Shown: in pieces, positions 50,663 to 59,447 of the stretch
How the letters are laid out: each line of letters starts with the position of its first letter
How positions within the stretch are numbered: position 1 is the first letter of the stretch
Assembly: GCA_965218695.1 (NCBI GenBank)
Contig: OZ244651.1
Span: 1,824,001 to 1,888,000, forward strand
From: Nitrosopumilus sp.
Lineage (GTDB): Archaea; Thermoproteota; Nitrososphaeria; Nitrososphaerales; Nitrosopumilaceae
Direction of reading: 5' to 3'
Length of the DNA: 64,000 nucleotides
Position numbers and translations under genes: made by a program
The notes under the pieces: model-generated
What the model saw: only the letters and a program-made list of their open reading frames with translations
The model's database searches: none
What the model was told of the DNA's origin: nothing

Positions 50663-52303
50663 GTATCTGTGTAGTTTTTTGATCAAATGTTGAACTCCAT
50701 ATCTACAATCAGAAAATCCGCGTCTGTCTAATTTTTTAAAACTATTTTTGATCACTTGATCGAGTTTTTCTCTCCGTCCTAATTTTTAGATCATTGTTGC
50801 CCACGGTTTGCATATGTCTGATGATAATTCCGAGTCAAGGATTGCAGAACTGGAGGAAAAAGTGGGTGTGATGGCAGAGCAGATGGCCGAAAAAGACCGG
50901 CAGATGGCCGAAAAAGACCGGCAGATGGCCAAACTCGCTGATCTTTACGCTGCCGCCCTCAAACAGATCCAGGATCTCACGGCAGAGTTGCAGGAGGCAA
51001 AGGGCATCATATCGGCTGCCGTTGCAAGGAGCATCGGCGCAAAACCGGACAAAAAGACCGGCAGTACCCGGCGCCGCGCAAAGGGCAAGGGCAAGGCCAA
51101 GGGCAAGCCAAGTGACCACAAACGCACGGGCCTTGCGCGTCCTGAAAGAATAGACGCAGAGGAGACGGCAGATCCCCACACGTGCGACAACTGCGGCAGC
51201 TCCGACCTCTCCGAGTGCGTATCCACGTACACAAAGGTGGTAAGGGAGGCTGCCAAGACGGAACTAAAGCACATCAAGGTGACAGTAAAGAGAAGGCGTT
51301 GCAGGAACTGCAAGAGGACCGTGTCCGGCAGGACCCCGCTGGCACTGCCAAACTCCAGGTACGGGATCAACTTTATGATAATGATGGTCATCCTCAGGCT
51401 GCACGGCATGTCAGACCTCAGAATATGCAATATTGTCATGATGATGTACTCGGCAAGAATCACGGAATCTGCGATAAACCGCATGGTGTGCAGGATGGCC
51501 CGGGAGCTCGGGCCGCTGTACGAGAAGATCAAGGAGGAGGTAAGAAACTCGCCTGCGATAAACGGGGACGAGACAATCTGGCGCGTCGACGGCACGAACT
51601 ACTGGCTGTGGGTGGCTGTAGCCAGGTACGCCGTAATCTACGAGGTGCACCGCCACAGGAACTCGAAGGTTCCAAAAAAGATGCTCGGCAAGGACTACCC
51701 GGGATGCGTCACGTCTGACTCGTGGGCCGCGTGGAACGTCATCGGATCCGAACACCAAAAGTGCCACCTTCATTACGCCCGGGACATCAAGGACACCCTG
51801 AAATACAAGAATCCCGGCTACGACTACAAGCGTCACGCAAGGACGCTGCGCGCGATACTGTGGGACTCGCACATCGACGGCGCCGTTCCGGGAGGGGCAG
51901 ACGCGCTTGCCGCAAAGAAGAGGCTGGATCGTCGTATTGCGTCACTTATCGGCAGGCTCGAAAAGGACCGCGACTGCAAGCACTGCAACAGGATGCGCAA
52001 GAGGCTGGTGCGGGAAAAAGGCCACCTGTTTGCGTTTCTGGAGACAGACGGCGTCGAATACCACAACAACCGGGCAGAGCGGGCCATCAGGCCGTGCGTC
52101 ATCCTGCGCAAGAACAGCAACGGGAGCAGGTCAAAGAAGGGTGCAGATGCCATTGCCACGCTGATGAGCATCAAGCAGACATGCAAGGCAAGGGGAGATG
52201 ATCTTGGCACGATCCTGCGCGAGGGCCTGGCTCCACGTCAAAAAACTGCATAGACGCGCGTAGGCATGGAGTTCAACATTTGATCAAAAAACTATGCAGT
52301 TAC
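50663..52303 (+). mobile_element. IS66-family element, 1641 bp
   Basis: About 38-bp TIRs GTA(T/A)CTG..TAGTTTTTTGATCAAATGTTGAACTCCAT; 8-bp duplication CTATATCC at 50655-62 and 52304-11. Confidence 0.93.
50814..52253 (+). CDS. IS66 transposase
   Basis: CDNC/CRNC zinc finger, NGDET, QKCHLH and HNNRAERAIR motifs; QMAEKDR 21-bp repeat at about 50880-50930. Confidence 0.92.
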   Translation: MSDDNSESRIAELEEKVGVMAEQMAEKDRQMAEKDRQMAKLADLYAAALKQIQDLTAELQEAKGIISAAVARSIGAKPDKKTGSTRRRAKGKGKAKGKPSDHKRTGLARPERIDAEETADPHTCDNCGSSDLSECVSTYTKVVREAAKTELKHIKVTVKRRRCRNCKRTVSGRTPLALPNSRYGINFMIMMVILRLHGMSDLRICNIVMMMYSARITESAINRMVCRMARELGPLYEKIKEEVRNSPAINGDETIWRVDGTNYWLWVAVARYAVIYEVHRHRNSKVPKKMLGKDYPGCVTSDSWAAWNVIGSEHQKCHLHYARDIKDTLKYKNPGYDYKRHARTLRAILWDSHIDGAVPGGADALAAKKRLDRRIASLIGRLEKDRDCKHCNRMRKRLVREKGHLFAFLETDGVEYHNNRAERAIRPCVILRKNSNGSRSKKGADAIATLMSIKQTCKARGDDLGTILREGLAPRQKTA

Positions 52304-53356
52304 CTATATCCTAATTGCAAGACGGGATCTCGTGTTCAGCATCACCACCGTCAGCGTAACGGCAGCTGCCAGAACCGCCATGACGATCGCGCCAAACTCG
52401 GGCACTATCACCTCGACGGTCTCCATCTTTAGAAGGATGAGATCAATCTGCTCATCTACCTGTTCTATGGGAGCCCCGTTCCGCATCATGCCGCGCAGGT
52501 CCTGGCGCATCATGAGCTCTATCTCATTCATCAGCTCCCTCTCGCCTGCATCAATCAGCGGGCCCTCCAGAAACTCATAGTTGTCAAGGTACGCCTTTGT
52601 GGCATAGCTTAGCGCAAGATCGCCGTTGCCCTGCCTGTACTCGGATCTTGCGTCCTCAAGGAGCATCTGGATCTTCTGGACATAGTCCAAGAGTTTGTTT
52701 TCATCCTCGACGCCTGTAATCTCGTTGATCTGATCGATGATTCCGGCAGTCAGCGTCCCTACCACTTCGGGGTCCTCCTGCGTGCCGTATGCGTCCCAGA
52801 GCTGGGAGTATAACGCATCAATCTGTTCTGCCCGGTCAGGATCGACGTCTGGTCTTATCTCGCCTAGGATCTGTTGTGATCTCCAGACAAAGGCGGATCC
52901 GTCCTGAAACTCGGCCACGTTTGTGATGATTCCTTCGGATACTCCCACCTTGTACTCGACGGCTGATGTCTCCAGAAGGCTCTTCATCAATAGTAGTCTG
53001 AAGTCAGGATCATCACTCAGCGCATCTCTTACCACCGCACTGCGTACCGTCTCCACCATTGCCTTAGCCTCATCCACTGCCTCCTGTGCCTGCTCCCGGG
53101 AGACATCGGCTGTGGCCTTGTGCCGAAGGTCAGTCAGGATGGTCCGAAACTCCGCATCAAGTATAGGGTCTGCCTCCTGCAGGACGGGCTTTATGCTGTC
53201 GTACAGTTCTGCGATCGGGTGCGTTGCGTGAACCACTGCAAGCTTTGCGTTTCTCTCGTCCAGGTTAAGTTCTATGGCCCAAAAGTGTCCCAGTGCCTCC
53301 TCAAGGGTTGCAGCAAACTCCAAGTCACTGCCATCATCTGCAGATGCGCTCAGAAG

Positions 53357-54487
53357 TAGCGTGTTGCATAATTCAACTCAGTCACCCAAGACTTGTACCG
53401 GATTCGCCTATCCGACTCTACATTGCCCCTGCTCCCATGTCTATCAGCTTGTTGTAGGTGGCCACCTTGAGGTTGACCTCCTGGATCATGTTCTTCCATT
53501 TCAATGAGTACAGGTGCTCCCCGAACATTCTCTTGAATGCAGAAAACACAATCTCCACAATCCATCTCTTGCCGTATCCGACTCGAGTCTTCCACTCATC
53601 TTGGTTGCTTTTCTTCTCCTCGTCGGGCAGCCATTTCACCCGATTGGGATCAGAGCCGCCAAACTGGTCCCGGACTGCCATGCCCCACACGTCGCCTGCG
53701 CCTTTTCCTTTCGGGGTGGAGCTTACCTTGAGCTTGATGAGCGGGGTCACGTTACGCTCTTTGCATGCCTTTAGGTTGTCCCTGGAGGCGTAAGCGCCAT
53801 CGCCATACGCAGAACATTTTGCGGGACTGTCGGCATGGCCGGGTTCTGATGCCGGGCCCACGCAGTTCTCCAGGGCGTCATCAAGCAGCGGAACGAACAT
53901 GGGAGAATCCCCTGTCCGATCATCGGTGACACGGACTGCCAGTATCTTTTTTGTATCCACGTCAATTAGGACGTGCATCTTTACAAACCCGCGTCTTACC
54001 TTCCACTTTTGCCGTATCCACTCCCCCCTGTTGTGCTGTTTGAGGCCGGTAGAATCCACTGCAAGCCTGATTGCAGCGCCCTTGCTGCCGGTGACCGTGA
54101 TGATTCTGCCATTCCTCTGGACATCCAGCGACTGGATCCTTCTGAAGATGGTGGTATAGTGGGGCACTTGCTCCTCCCTGAGCACCTCCAGGACCATGCC
54201 CATCAGGTTCTTGTAGGGGATATGGATCATTGACTTTACTGCTGCCAGGGAGGCAAAGAACGAGTCTGCATACTGGAAAGGAGCCCCGACCTTGTGACGG
54301 TTGGCCTTTTTGACCTCGACGCATCTCTCCGGGTCATCGTGAATAATTAATGCCTGGCCGCGCCTGATGTATTTTTCGTTGTCCGTCTTCAATCCGACAC
54401 TCTAGGATCCACTGATCTTTAGCTTTTTCGGTCTAGAACACAGTCAACATCACTCACTGCAACTAGGCGTAATTATGCAACACGCTA
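53357..54487 (-). mobile_element. IS5-family element (ISH1/IS903-like), 1131 bp
   Basis: TIRs TAGCGTGTTGCATAATT; CTCAGAAG duplicated at 53349-56 and 54488-95. Confidence 0.92.
53418..54392 (-). CDS. IS5-family transposase
   Basis: PHYTTIFRR, AVDSTGLK, GEW, GDGAY and YGKRWIVE motifs. Confidence 0.92.
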   Translation of the reverse strand: MKTDNEKYIRRGQALIIHDDPERCVEVKKANRHKVGAPFQYADSFFASLAAVKSMIHIPYKNLMGMVLEVLREEQVPHYTTIFRRIQSLDVQRNGRIITVTGSKGAAIRLAVDSTGLKQHNRGEWIRQKWKVRRGFVKMHVLIDVDTKKILAVRVTDDRTGDSPMFVPLLDDALENCVGPASEPGHADSPAKCSAYGDGAYASRDNLKACKERNVTPLIKLKVSSTPKGKGAGDVWGMAVRDQFGGSDPNRVKWLPDEEKKSNQDEWKTRVGYGKRWIVEIVFSAFKRMFGEHLYSLKWKNMIQEVNLKVATYNKLIDMGAGAM

Positions 54488-54699
54488 CTCAGAAGCGGTG
54501 CCGCCATGAGGACTGATGCTGCAAGCAGAATCATGGCACGGGTCATCAAACTGGTAACAGGGAATGTATTTTTAAACGGTTTGAACATCATACGGACGTG
54601 TTTTATCGGCATGGAACTATGGCGTAATATCAGAGACAGAACCGGCAGGCATCATCCTGGTGCCGACATGGTTTTTAGTGGAGGGACACACTGTATTCC

Positions 54700-55014
54700 A
54701 TGGTGGTACCGGTAGTGATAATCTCCACGTATCCAAGCAGGAGCGACATCATGAGGATAGCAGAGATTCTGGTAAGCGAGAAGACTGCTGCATGCGTCAA
54801 CGTCTCTAATGTATCCTCGGTGTACTCGTGGAAGGGCAAGGTAGAGAATGCATCAGAGTGTATTGCAATATTCAAGACAACAGACAAGAACAGGGAGTTG
54901 CTAAAGAAGAGGATAGCACAGACGCACCCCTACGACGTGCCAGAGATAATGGAGGTTGATGTTACCTCAGTCAACGGACCATACCTAGACTGGCTCGAAG
55001 AGTCTGCAGGATAG
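54700..55014 (+). CDS. cutA: divalent-cation tolerance protein CutA
   Basis: AACVN, SVYSWKG and HPYDVPE motifs. Confidence 0.93.
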   Translation: MVVPVVIISTYPSRSDIMRIAEILVSEKTAACVNVSNVSSVYSWKGKVENASECIAIFKTTDKNRELLKKRIAQTHPYDVPEIMEVDVTSVNGPYLDWLEESAG

Positions 55015-55016
55015 CA

Positions 55017-56051
55017 TCACACGGCATATCTCAGTATGGCGACGATTCCCCCCATGTTTGAGACCCTCAGTCCGACATCGGTTGAGGAGTCCACGCTGTA
55101 GACGTTTACCCCCTTGCCCTCGGCATCATTGAGCAGGTTGATCATACCCTGCTCGTCGTTGTCCTGTATGACCCGGTCTGAGAACACCAGTGATTCTACT
55201 GCGCTCATCTGGTTTGCCGTGACGGTGTCATCGAACCCCATGGCGAATTTTTTGCTCTTCTTGCTGACCATTACCATTACATCGTCAATGAGTGATGCGG
55301 CTCTTGCAAGCTTGTTTCCCGACATCATCTCCCTCATGGCCTGCGATCGTGTAAAGGTGTAGATTCCGTCCTCGCCGCCAGAGTCGATTCCCTCTGCCAC
55401 CCGGATGTCGTATCCTGTCATTCCCTTGAAGTTTGCAAGCCTTCTCTTGGTCTCGCCAGGCCCGAATATCACCACCGCGTCCCCCTCTCTGAGGGTTGCC
55501 GCGACGGCCTGCCGGACCTGTTCCAGGAATACCTCAAGCCGGAATCCTGTCTTGTATCTCTTTCCGCCTGCGCCAGAGTACATGTTGGGGATGAACTCAA
55601 GGTGCGTCCCCTTGAGCCTTGCAATGCCGCAGTCGCCGGTATCGATTGCGACCAGTATGTATCCTGTCTGGTTCCTGCCTGATTTGAGCAGCCTCCTCTG
55701 GACCGGCAGCCACCTATTCTTGGATACTGTGATGCCCTGTCCTGTCCTCACCACCAGGGAGTGGTGCGAGCCGTGGGGGACGGCTTCGTGGCTTGACTCG
55801 GTGATGGTTCCCTGTATTCTCAGCCTGTCAAGGACGCCATCCAGCGATATCTTCTCCACCTCCATGGATATCCTGACATGGATCCGCTCGCCCTTGTCAG
55901 GCCTTGAATAGTCCCGGTCCTGTTTTATGACCCGGGTGGTGTCCCCTACGACCCTGTCGCCACTCTGTATTATTCTCCGCAGGTTCAAGAGATCGTCTGA
56001 ATCCTCAGGCATCACGGCAACTGAATTATCATCTATACTCTTTGTGATCAT
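55017..56051 (-). CDS. pelA: mRNA surveillance / ribosome rescue protein pelota
   Basis: PEDSDDL, RLRIQG, GSHHSL, GPG and MGGIVAILRY motifs. Confidence 0.92.
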   Translation of the reverse strand: MITKSIDDNSVAVMPEDSDDLLNLRRIIQSGDRVVGDTTRVIKQDRDYSRPDKGERIHVRISMEVEKISLDGVLDRLRIQGTITESSHEAVPHGSHHSLVVRTGQGITVSKNRWLPVQRRLLKSGRNQTGYILVAIDTGDCGIARLKGTHLEFIPNMYSGAGGKRYKTGFRLEVFLEQVRQAVAATLREGDAVVIFGPGETKRRLANFKGMTGYDIRVAEGIDSGGEDGIYTFTRSQAMREMMSGNKLARAASLIDDVMVMVSKKSKKFAMGFDDTVTANQMSAVESLVFSDRVIQDNDEQGMINLLNDAEGKGVNVYSVDSSTDVGLRVSNMGGIVAILRYAV

Positions 56052-56086
56052 GTAATGTCATTTCCGGGATGCAAAGAGAAAAGAGT

Positions 56087-56500
56087 TTAGTCCGTGGCGG
56101 AGTCTGCCTTCTCCTGGGTCTTTTTCTTCAGGTACGACTCGACCCAATCCAAGGTAAGGACGCCCGATTCTGCCAGGTTTGTAAGCGAGTTTGCAGACGC
56201 CTCGCCTGTGACCTTGCCGTTGTTTCTTCGTAATTGGCGCCACTTTAGCGACGTGTTCCCGCTCTTTGAGTTGTAGATGATCCCGAGTATGTCCCGTGCG
56301 TTTACAAATGTGATGTCCCGGATCTTCTTGAGGGTTACCTTGTCTGCGGCTTCAACGTAGATTGCGCCTTTGGTATCCTCCCGTTCTGCAAAGATCTCAT
56401 AGTCTCCAAGATAGCTTCTTGGCGCATAAGACTTACATGTGCTTGATATGACAAACCTCCTAAAGCTTTCCAATGATGCAGGAATGTCAATTGCAACCAT
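56087..56500 (-). CDS. hypothetical protein
   Basis: 137-aa ORF co-oriented with pelota; natural composition. Confidence 0.7.
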   Translation of the reverse strand: MVAIDIPASLESFRRFVISSTCKSYAPRSYLGDYEIFAEREDTKGAIYVEAADKVTLKKIRDITFVNARDILGIIYNSKSGNTSLKWRQLRRNNGKVTGEASANSLTNLAESGVLTLDWVESYLKKKTQEKADSATD

Positions 56501-56574
56501 TTTGACTGATTACGGGACTAGCCATTTATCAAGCTTCTTGAAAGATTCAAAAGGAATTCACACATGAGAGAGCA

Positions 56575-56640
56575 TGCGGGCAGTGATGAACCTATCCCTT
56601 TGAATAACGATGATGAGGATCTTGAGTTCTGAGCCACGCA
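56575..56640 (+). ncRNA. box C/D 2'-O-methylation guide sRNA
   Basis: Box C GTGATGA (56583-89), D' TTGA (56600-03), C' ATGATGA (56610-16), D CTGA (56629-32); guides of 10 and 12 nt; terminal stem TGCGGGC/GCCACGCA. Confidence 0.85.
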
Positions 56641-56696
56641 CCATGACATGATCTGATTCCCTGATGGTTTTAATTGGATGCAGTGTTATACACCAC

Positions 56697-57116
56697 ATGA
56701 AGTCGCTTACCGAGTACTTGACGTTTCACGTGGATACGCGGAGGGCCTTTGTCAACATAACCCCCGATATTCGTAGTCTTGTTGAGAAGAGCGGAGTGCG
56801 GGAGGGTCTGTGCCTTGTGAATGCAATGCACATCACTGCCAGCGTCTTCATCAATGACAACGAGGAGGGGCTTCATGCAGACTATGAGAAGTGGTTGGAG
56901 GGTCTGGCGCCGCACGAGCCCACAGAACAGTACCTTCACAACAGGACCGGCGAGGACAACGCCGATGCCCACCTGAAACGGCAGGTGATGGGAAGGGAGG
57001 TCGTGGTTGCCATAACCGGCGGGAGGCTGGACTTTGGACCCTGGGAGGCCGTATTTTATGGTGAGTTTGACGGCAGACGCCCAAAACGGGTGCTGGTAAA
57101 GATCATCGGGGAATGA
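56697..57116 (+). CDS. yjbQ: YjbQ (UPF0047) family protein
   Basis: HITAS, NADAHLK and EFDG.R motifs. Confidence 0.9.
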   Translation: MKSLTEYLTFHVDTRRAFVNITPDIRSLVEKSGVREGLCLVNAMHITASVFINDNEEGLHADYEKWLEGLAPHEPTEQYLHNRTGEDNADAHLKRQVMGREVVVAITGGRLDFGPWEAVFYGEFDGRRPKRVLVKIIGE

Positions 57117-57281
57117 TTAACCAAAGTCGACATCGCGCTTTTGGCTTTGTGATTCGTTCTTTCTTGCAGATTCTCGGAATGCGTCGTCGTGGTTTTGAGG
57201 TCCGTGCCCGCATTTTACGCAGGCTATCTTGAATCCGTCCTCGTACTTTTCATATGTCTGACATCCGCAGAAGCAGGCCAT
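57117..57281 (-). CDS. small Cys/His-rich putative zinc-binding protein
   Basis: MACFCGC...CVKCGH...H in 54 aa. Confidence 0.65.
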   Translation of the reverse strand: MACFCGCQTYEKYEDGFKIACVKCGHGPQNHDDAFRESARKNESQSQKRDVDFG

Positions 57282-57725
57282 GATGGTGTGGGGGGTCTGA
57301 TGGGATATATCTCTATACCAATGGCTGATGCATGCCCAGATCCCAACCCAAGATGGGCGCAGATATTCTCTAAGGAATACCTGGCAGGAAAGACCAAAAC
57401 CGTTCCGTCTGGAAACGATCCAAGCACGGTTACTTCCTGAGACGGCAGAAGATTTGGCAGAAGGCCTGCCGGCATTGCAGGCATCTGTCCACGCCATGTC
57501 ACGCCCCGATGCAGCCTGTCAAATACGCTGACATGGTTTTTCGGGCAGCAAGCCAACCGGTATGGGTTTAGCTTCAAGATACCGATCAGCCACCAGATCA
57601 ATCAATTGGGTATTCCCGGAATGGATCAATCCGGGTATGATTGACACGTCATGCTGCAAGGGATCATGTGCAGGCACGAACCAGAGAGACCATCTGCACA
57701 AGTTCGGATCTTCCGGCATGAGATT

Positions 57726-59399
57726 GTACGGACTCAGGTCCCCAAACTACACAAACTGGGCATGTGGTCTGACTGTGCAGGTACTCAACACTATGCGGCC
57801 GTTACCGGAATGGCGATCTGCTGATCCGGCGGCTTGAATATGCTCCAATCCGGGTCCATGATCAAATTTGCCAGTGCGACGTGCGGAAACATATCATGCT
57901 TGTGGCACGTGCGCGCCACCGATATGAGTACCGAAAAGACCTTCCTCCCCTCCGGGGTGGACAGCTGGTGGCGCACGTTCCTGTGCAGCACGGCCGTGTC
58001 GCGTATCTCCCGCTCGGCTGCGTTGTTATGCGGCGGCATGCCCGGGTGGCGGAGAAACGTAAAGAGGTGCGGGGCTGCGGCCTCGAGCGTTCCCCTGAAC
58101 TTGGACTCGCCGTACGAGGCTGTAATCTCGAGCAGTGTCTTTTCGAGTGCCAGGCACTTGCCGCAACCTGCCGACTCCTTGTCCTTGACAGAACGGTACA
58201 GTGCAAGCAGCCTGCGATAACATGACTTGTAGATGCCGCCGTGCCTGCATGCCAGTCTCTCGGCCTTGCGCAGTATGTGTATCCAGCACCTTTGCTTGAC
58301 GGGAAACGCGCCGTACACGCCGTACCCGTCTATCACCACGGGAACGCCGTACGGCCTGCCAAAATGCACGTCCAGCACTGCTGCGGCCCTGCTGGGGGCG
58401 GCCACCAGGTACGTGGCGTCCTTGGTCGTGACCAACCACACGTACCCCTTTTTGCCGTTCATCTTGAAGGGGGACTCGTCAAACTGCGCAAACGGGGCGA
58501 CCAGCACGTGGTCCAGAATCTCCGAGTAAGTGCCATCCAGCAGGGATCTTATCTCCCTGCGGGCGTTCCATATGGCGTTTGCAGATATGCAAAACCCGTA
58601 AAGGGCCTCAAAATAATACGCGATGGTGTCATCAGTGCTCCTCTTGTAGTAATACTCGTACACGAACCCCAGCGCCTTGGGGCCAAGCGACGTGCCGCGC
58701 AGCGTGGGCATGCCTGCCGTGCCGACCTGGCCGCACGCGCGGCACGCGGCCCTGTCAATCACGTACGCCACGCACACCACCCTCATGGTGCCGTCGTCTG
58801 CAAAATCATAGACCATCTTTATCTCTGGCGACAGGTGGTCTATTTTCCTGGAGCCGCATTTTCTGCACCTGCGCATCTTCAACTCGACAGTCTTTTCTGC
58901 CTTGTTCTGGTGGGACGCGCCTGCGTGTCCCATGGGTGGTCCACGGCGGGACGCGTTTTCTTTCAGGTCCCCCCTGGGTTCGTCCGGGTCTTGCGCTGCA
59001 TCTGCCTGCTCCCCATCCAGCTTGGCCTTCTCTGCCTCGTCCTCCTTGGCCATCTCTTTTCGGAATGCGGCGCGTTCTGCGTTGTACAGCGAGTCCTTGG
59101 ACGGCGGGACGTGCGGGTTTTCATAATATGCCAGCCTTCTGTCGCGATCCGCAAGCGCCAGACTCAGGCGGTCAATTTCAACATCGCGGCGTGCCAGCTT
59201 GTCAGTAAGATCTTTTACCACCTTGTCCGTCTTTTCCAGACGATTCTTGAATTCCTTAGTAACCTTTACCAGCTCCTCTCGCAGGAGAGCAGTCTCTGAC
59301 TTTTTCACGAGGATTAGACAAACATCGGGATCAATAAGATAGCATGGTCTAATTCAATGCACAAGAAGGGAAAATCTAGGCACGGACCTGAGTGCGTAC
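57726..59399 (-). mobile_element. IS66-family element, 1674 bp
   Basis: TIRs GTACG(G/C)ACTCAGGTCC; CATGAGATT duplicated at 57717-25 and 59400-08. Confidence 0.92.
57791..59308 (-). CDS. IS66 transposase
   Basis: NPHVPPS, CRKC/CRAC, QFDES, QRCWIH and HNNAAEREIR motifs. Confidence 0.9.
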   Translation of the reverse strand: MKKSETALLREELVKVTKEFKNRLEKTDKVVKDLTDKLARRDVEIDRLSLALADRDRRLAYYENPHVPPSKDSLYNAERAAFRKEMAKEDEAEKAKLDGEQADAAQDPDEPRGDLKENASRRGPPMGHAGASHQNKAEKTVELKMRRCRKCGSRKIDHLSPEIKMVYDFADDGTMRVVCVAYVIDRAACRACGQVGTAGMPTLRGTSLGPKALGFVYEYYYKRSTDDTIAYYFEALYGFCISANAIWNARREIRSLLDGTYSEILDHVLVAPFAQFDESPFKMNGKKGYVWLVTTKDATYLVAAPSRAAAVLDVHFGRPYGVPVVIDGYGVYGAFPVKQRCWIHILRKAERLACRHGGIYKSCYRRLLALYRSVKDKESAGCGKCLALEKTLLEITASYGESKFRGTLEAAAPHLFTFLRHPGMPPHNNAAEREIRDTAVLHRNVRHQLSTPEGRKVFSVLISVARTCHKHDMFPHVALANLIMDPDWSIFKPPDQQIAIPVTAA

Positions 59400-59447
59400 C
59401 ATGAGATTGCTACAAAGATATAAAACTCAGACAGAATGTTTTCATAT

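Larger units (their letters stand above)
52304..54546 (-). pseudogene. PEFG-CTERM sorted surface protein, signal peptide cut off by an IS
   Basis: Joining 54546..54496 and 53356..52304 gives 367 aa starting MTRAMILLAASVLMAAP|LLSASADD; C-terminal VPEFG, TM helix and basic tail. Confidence 0.9.

Noticed and set aside
58241-59299. Long antisense ORFs in transposases and GC-rich genes (also 15792..16901, 29278..29967 and 2405..3043)
   Set aside because: Shadow frames of well-supported genes on the opposite strand.
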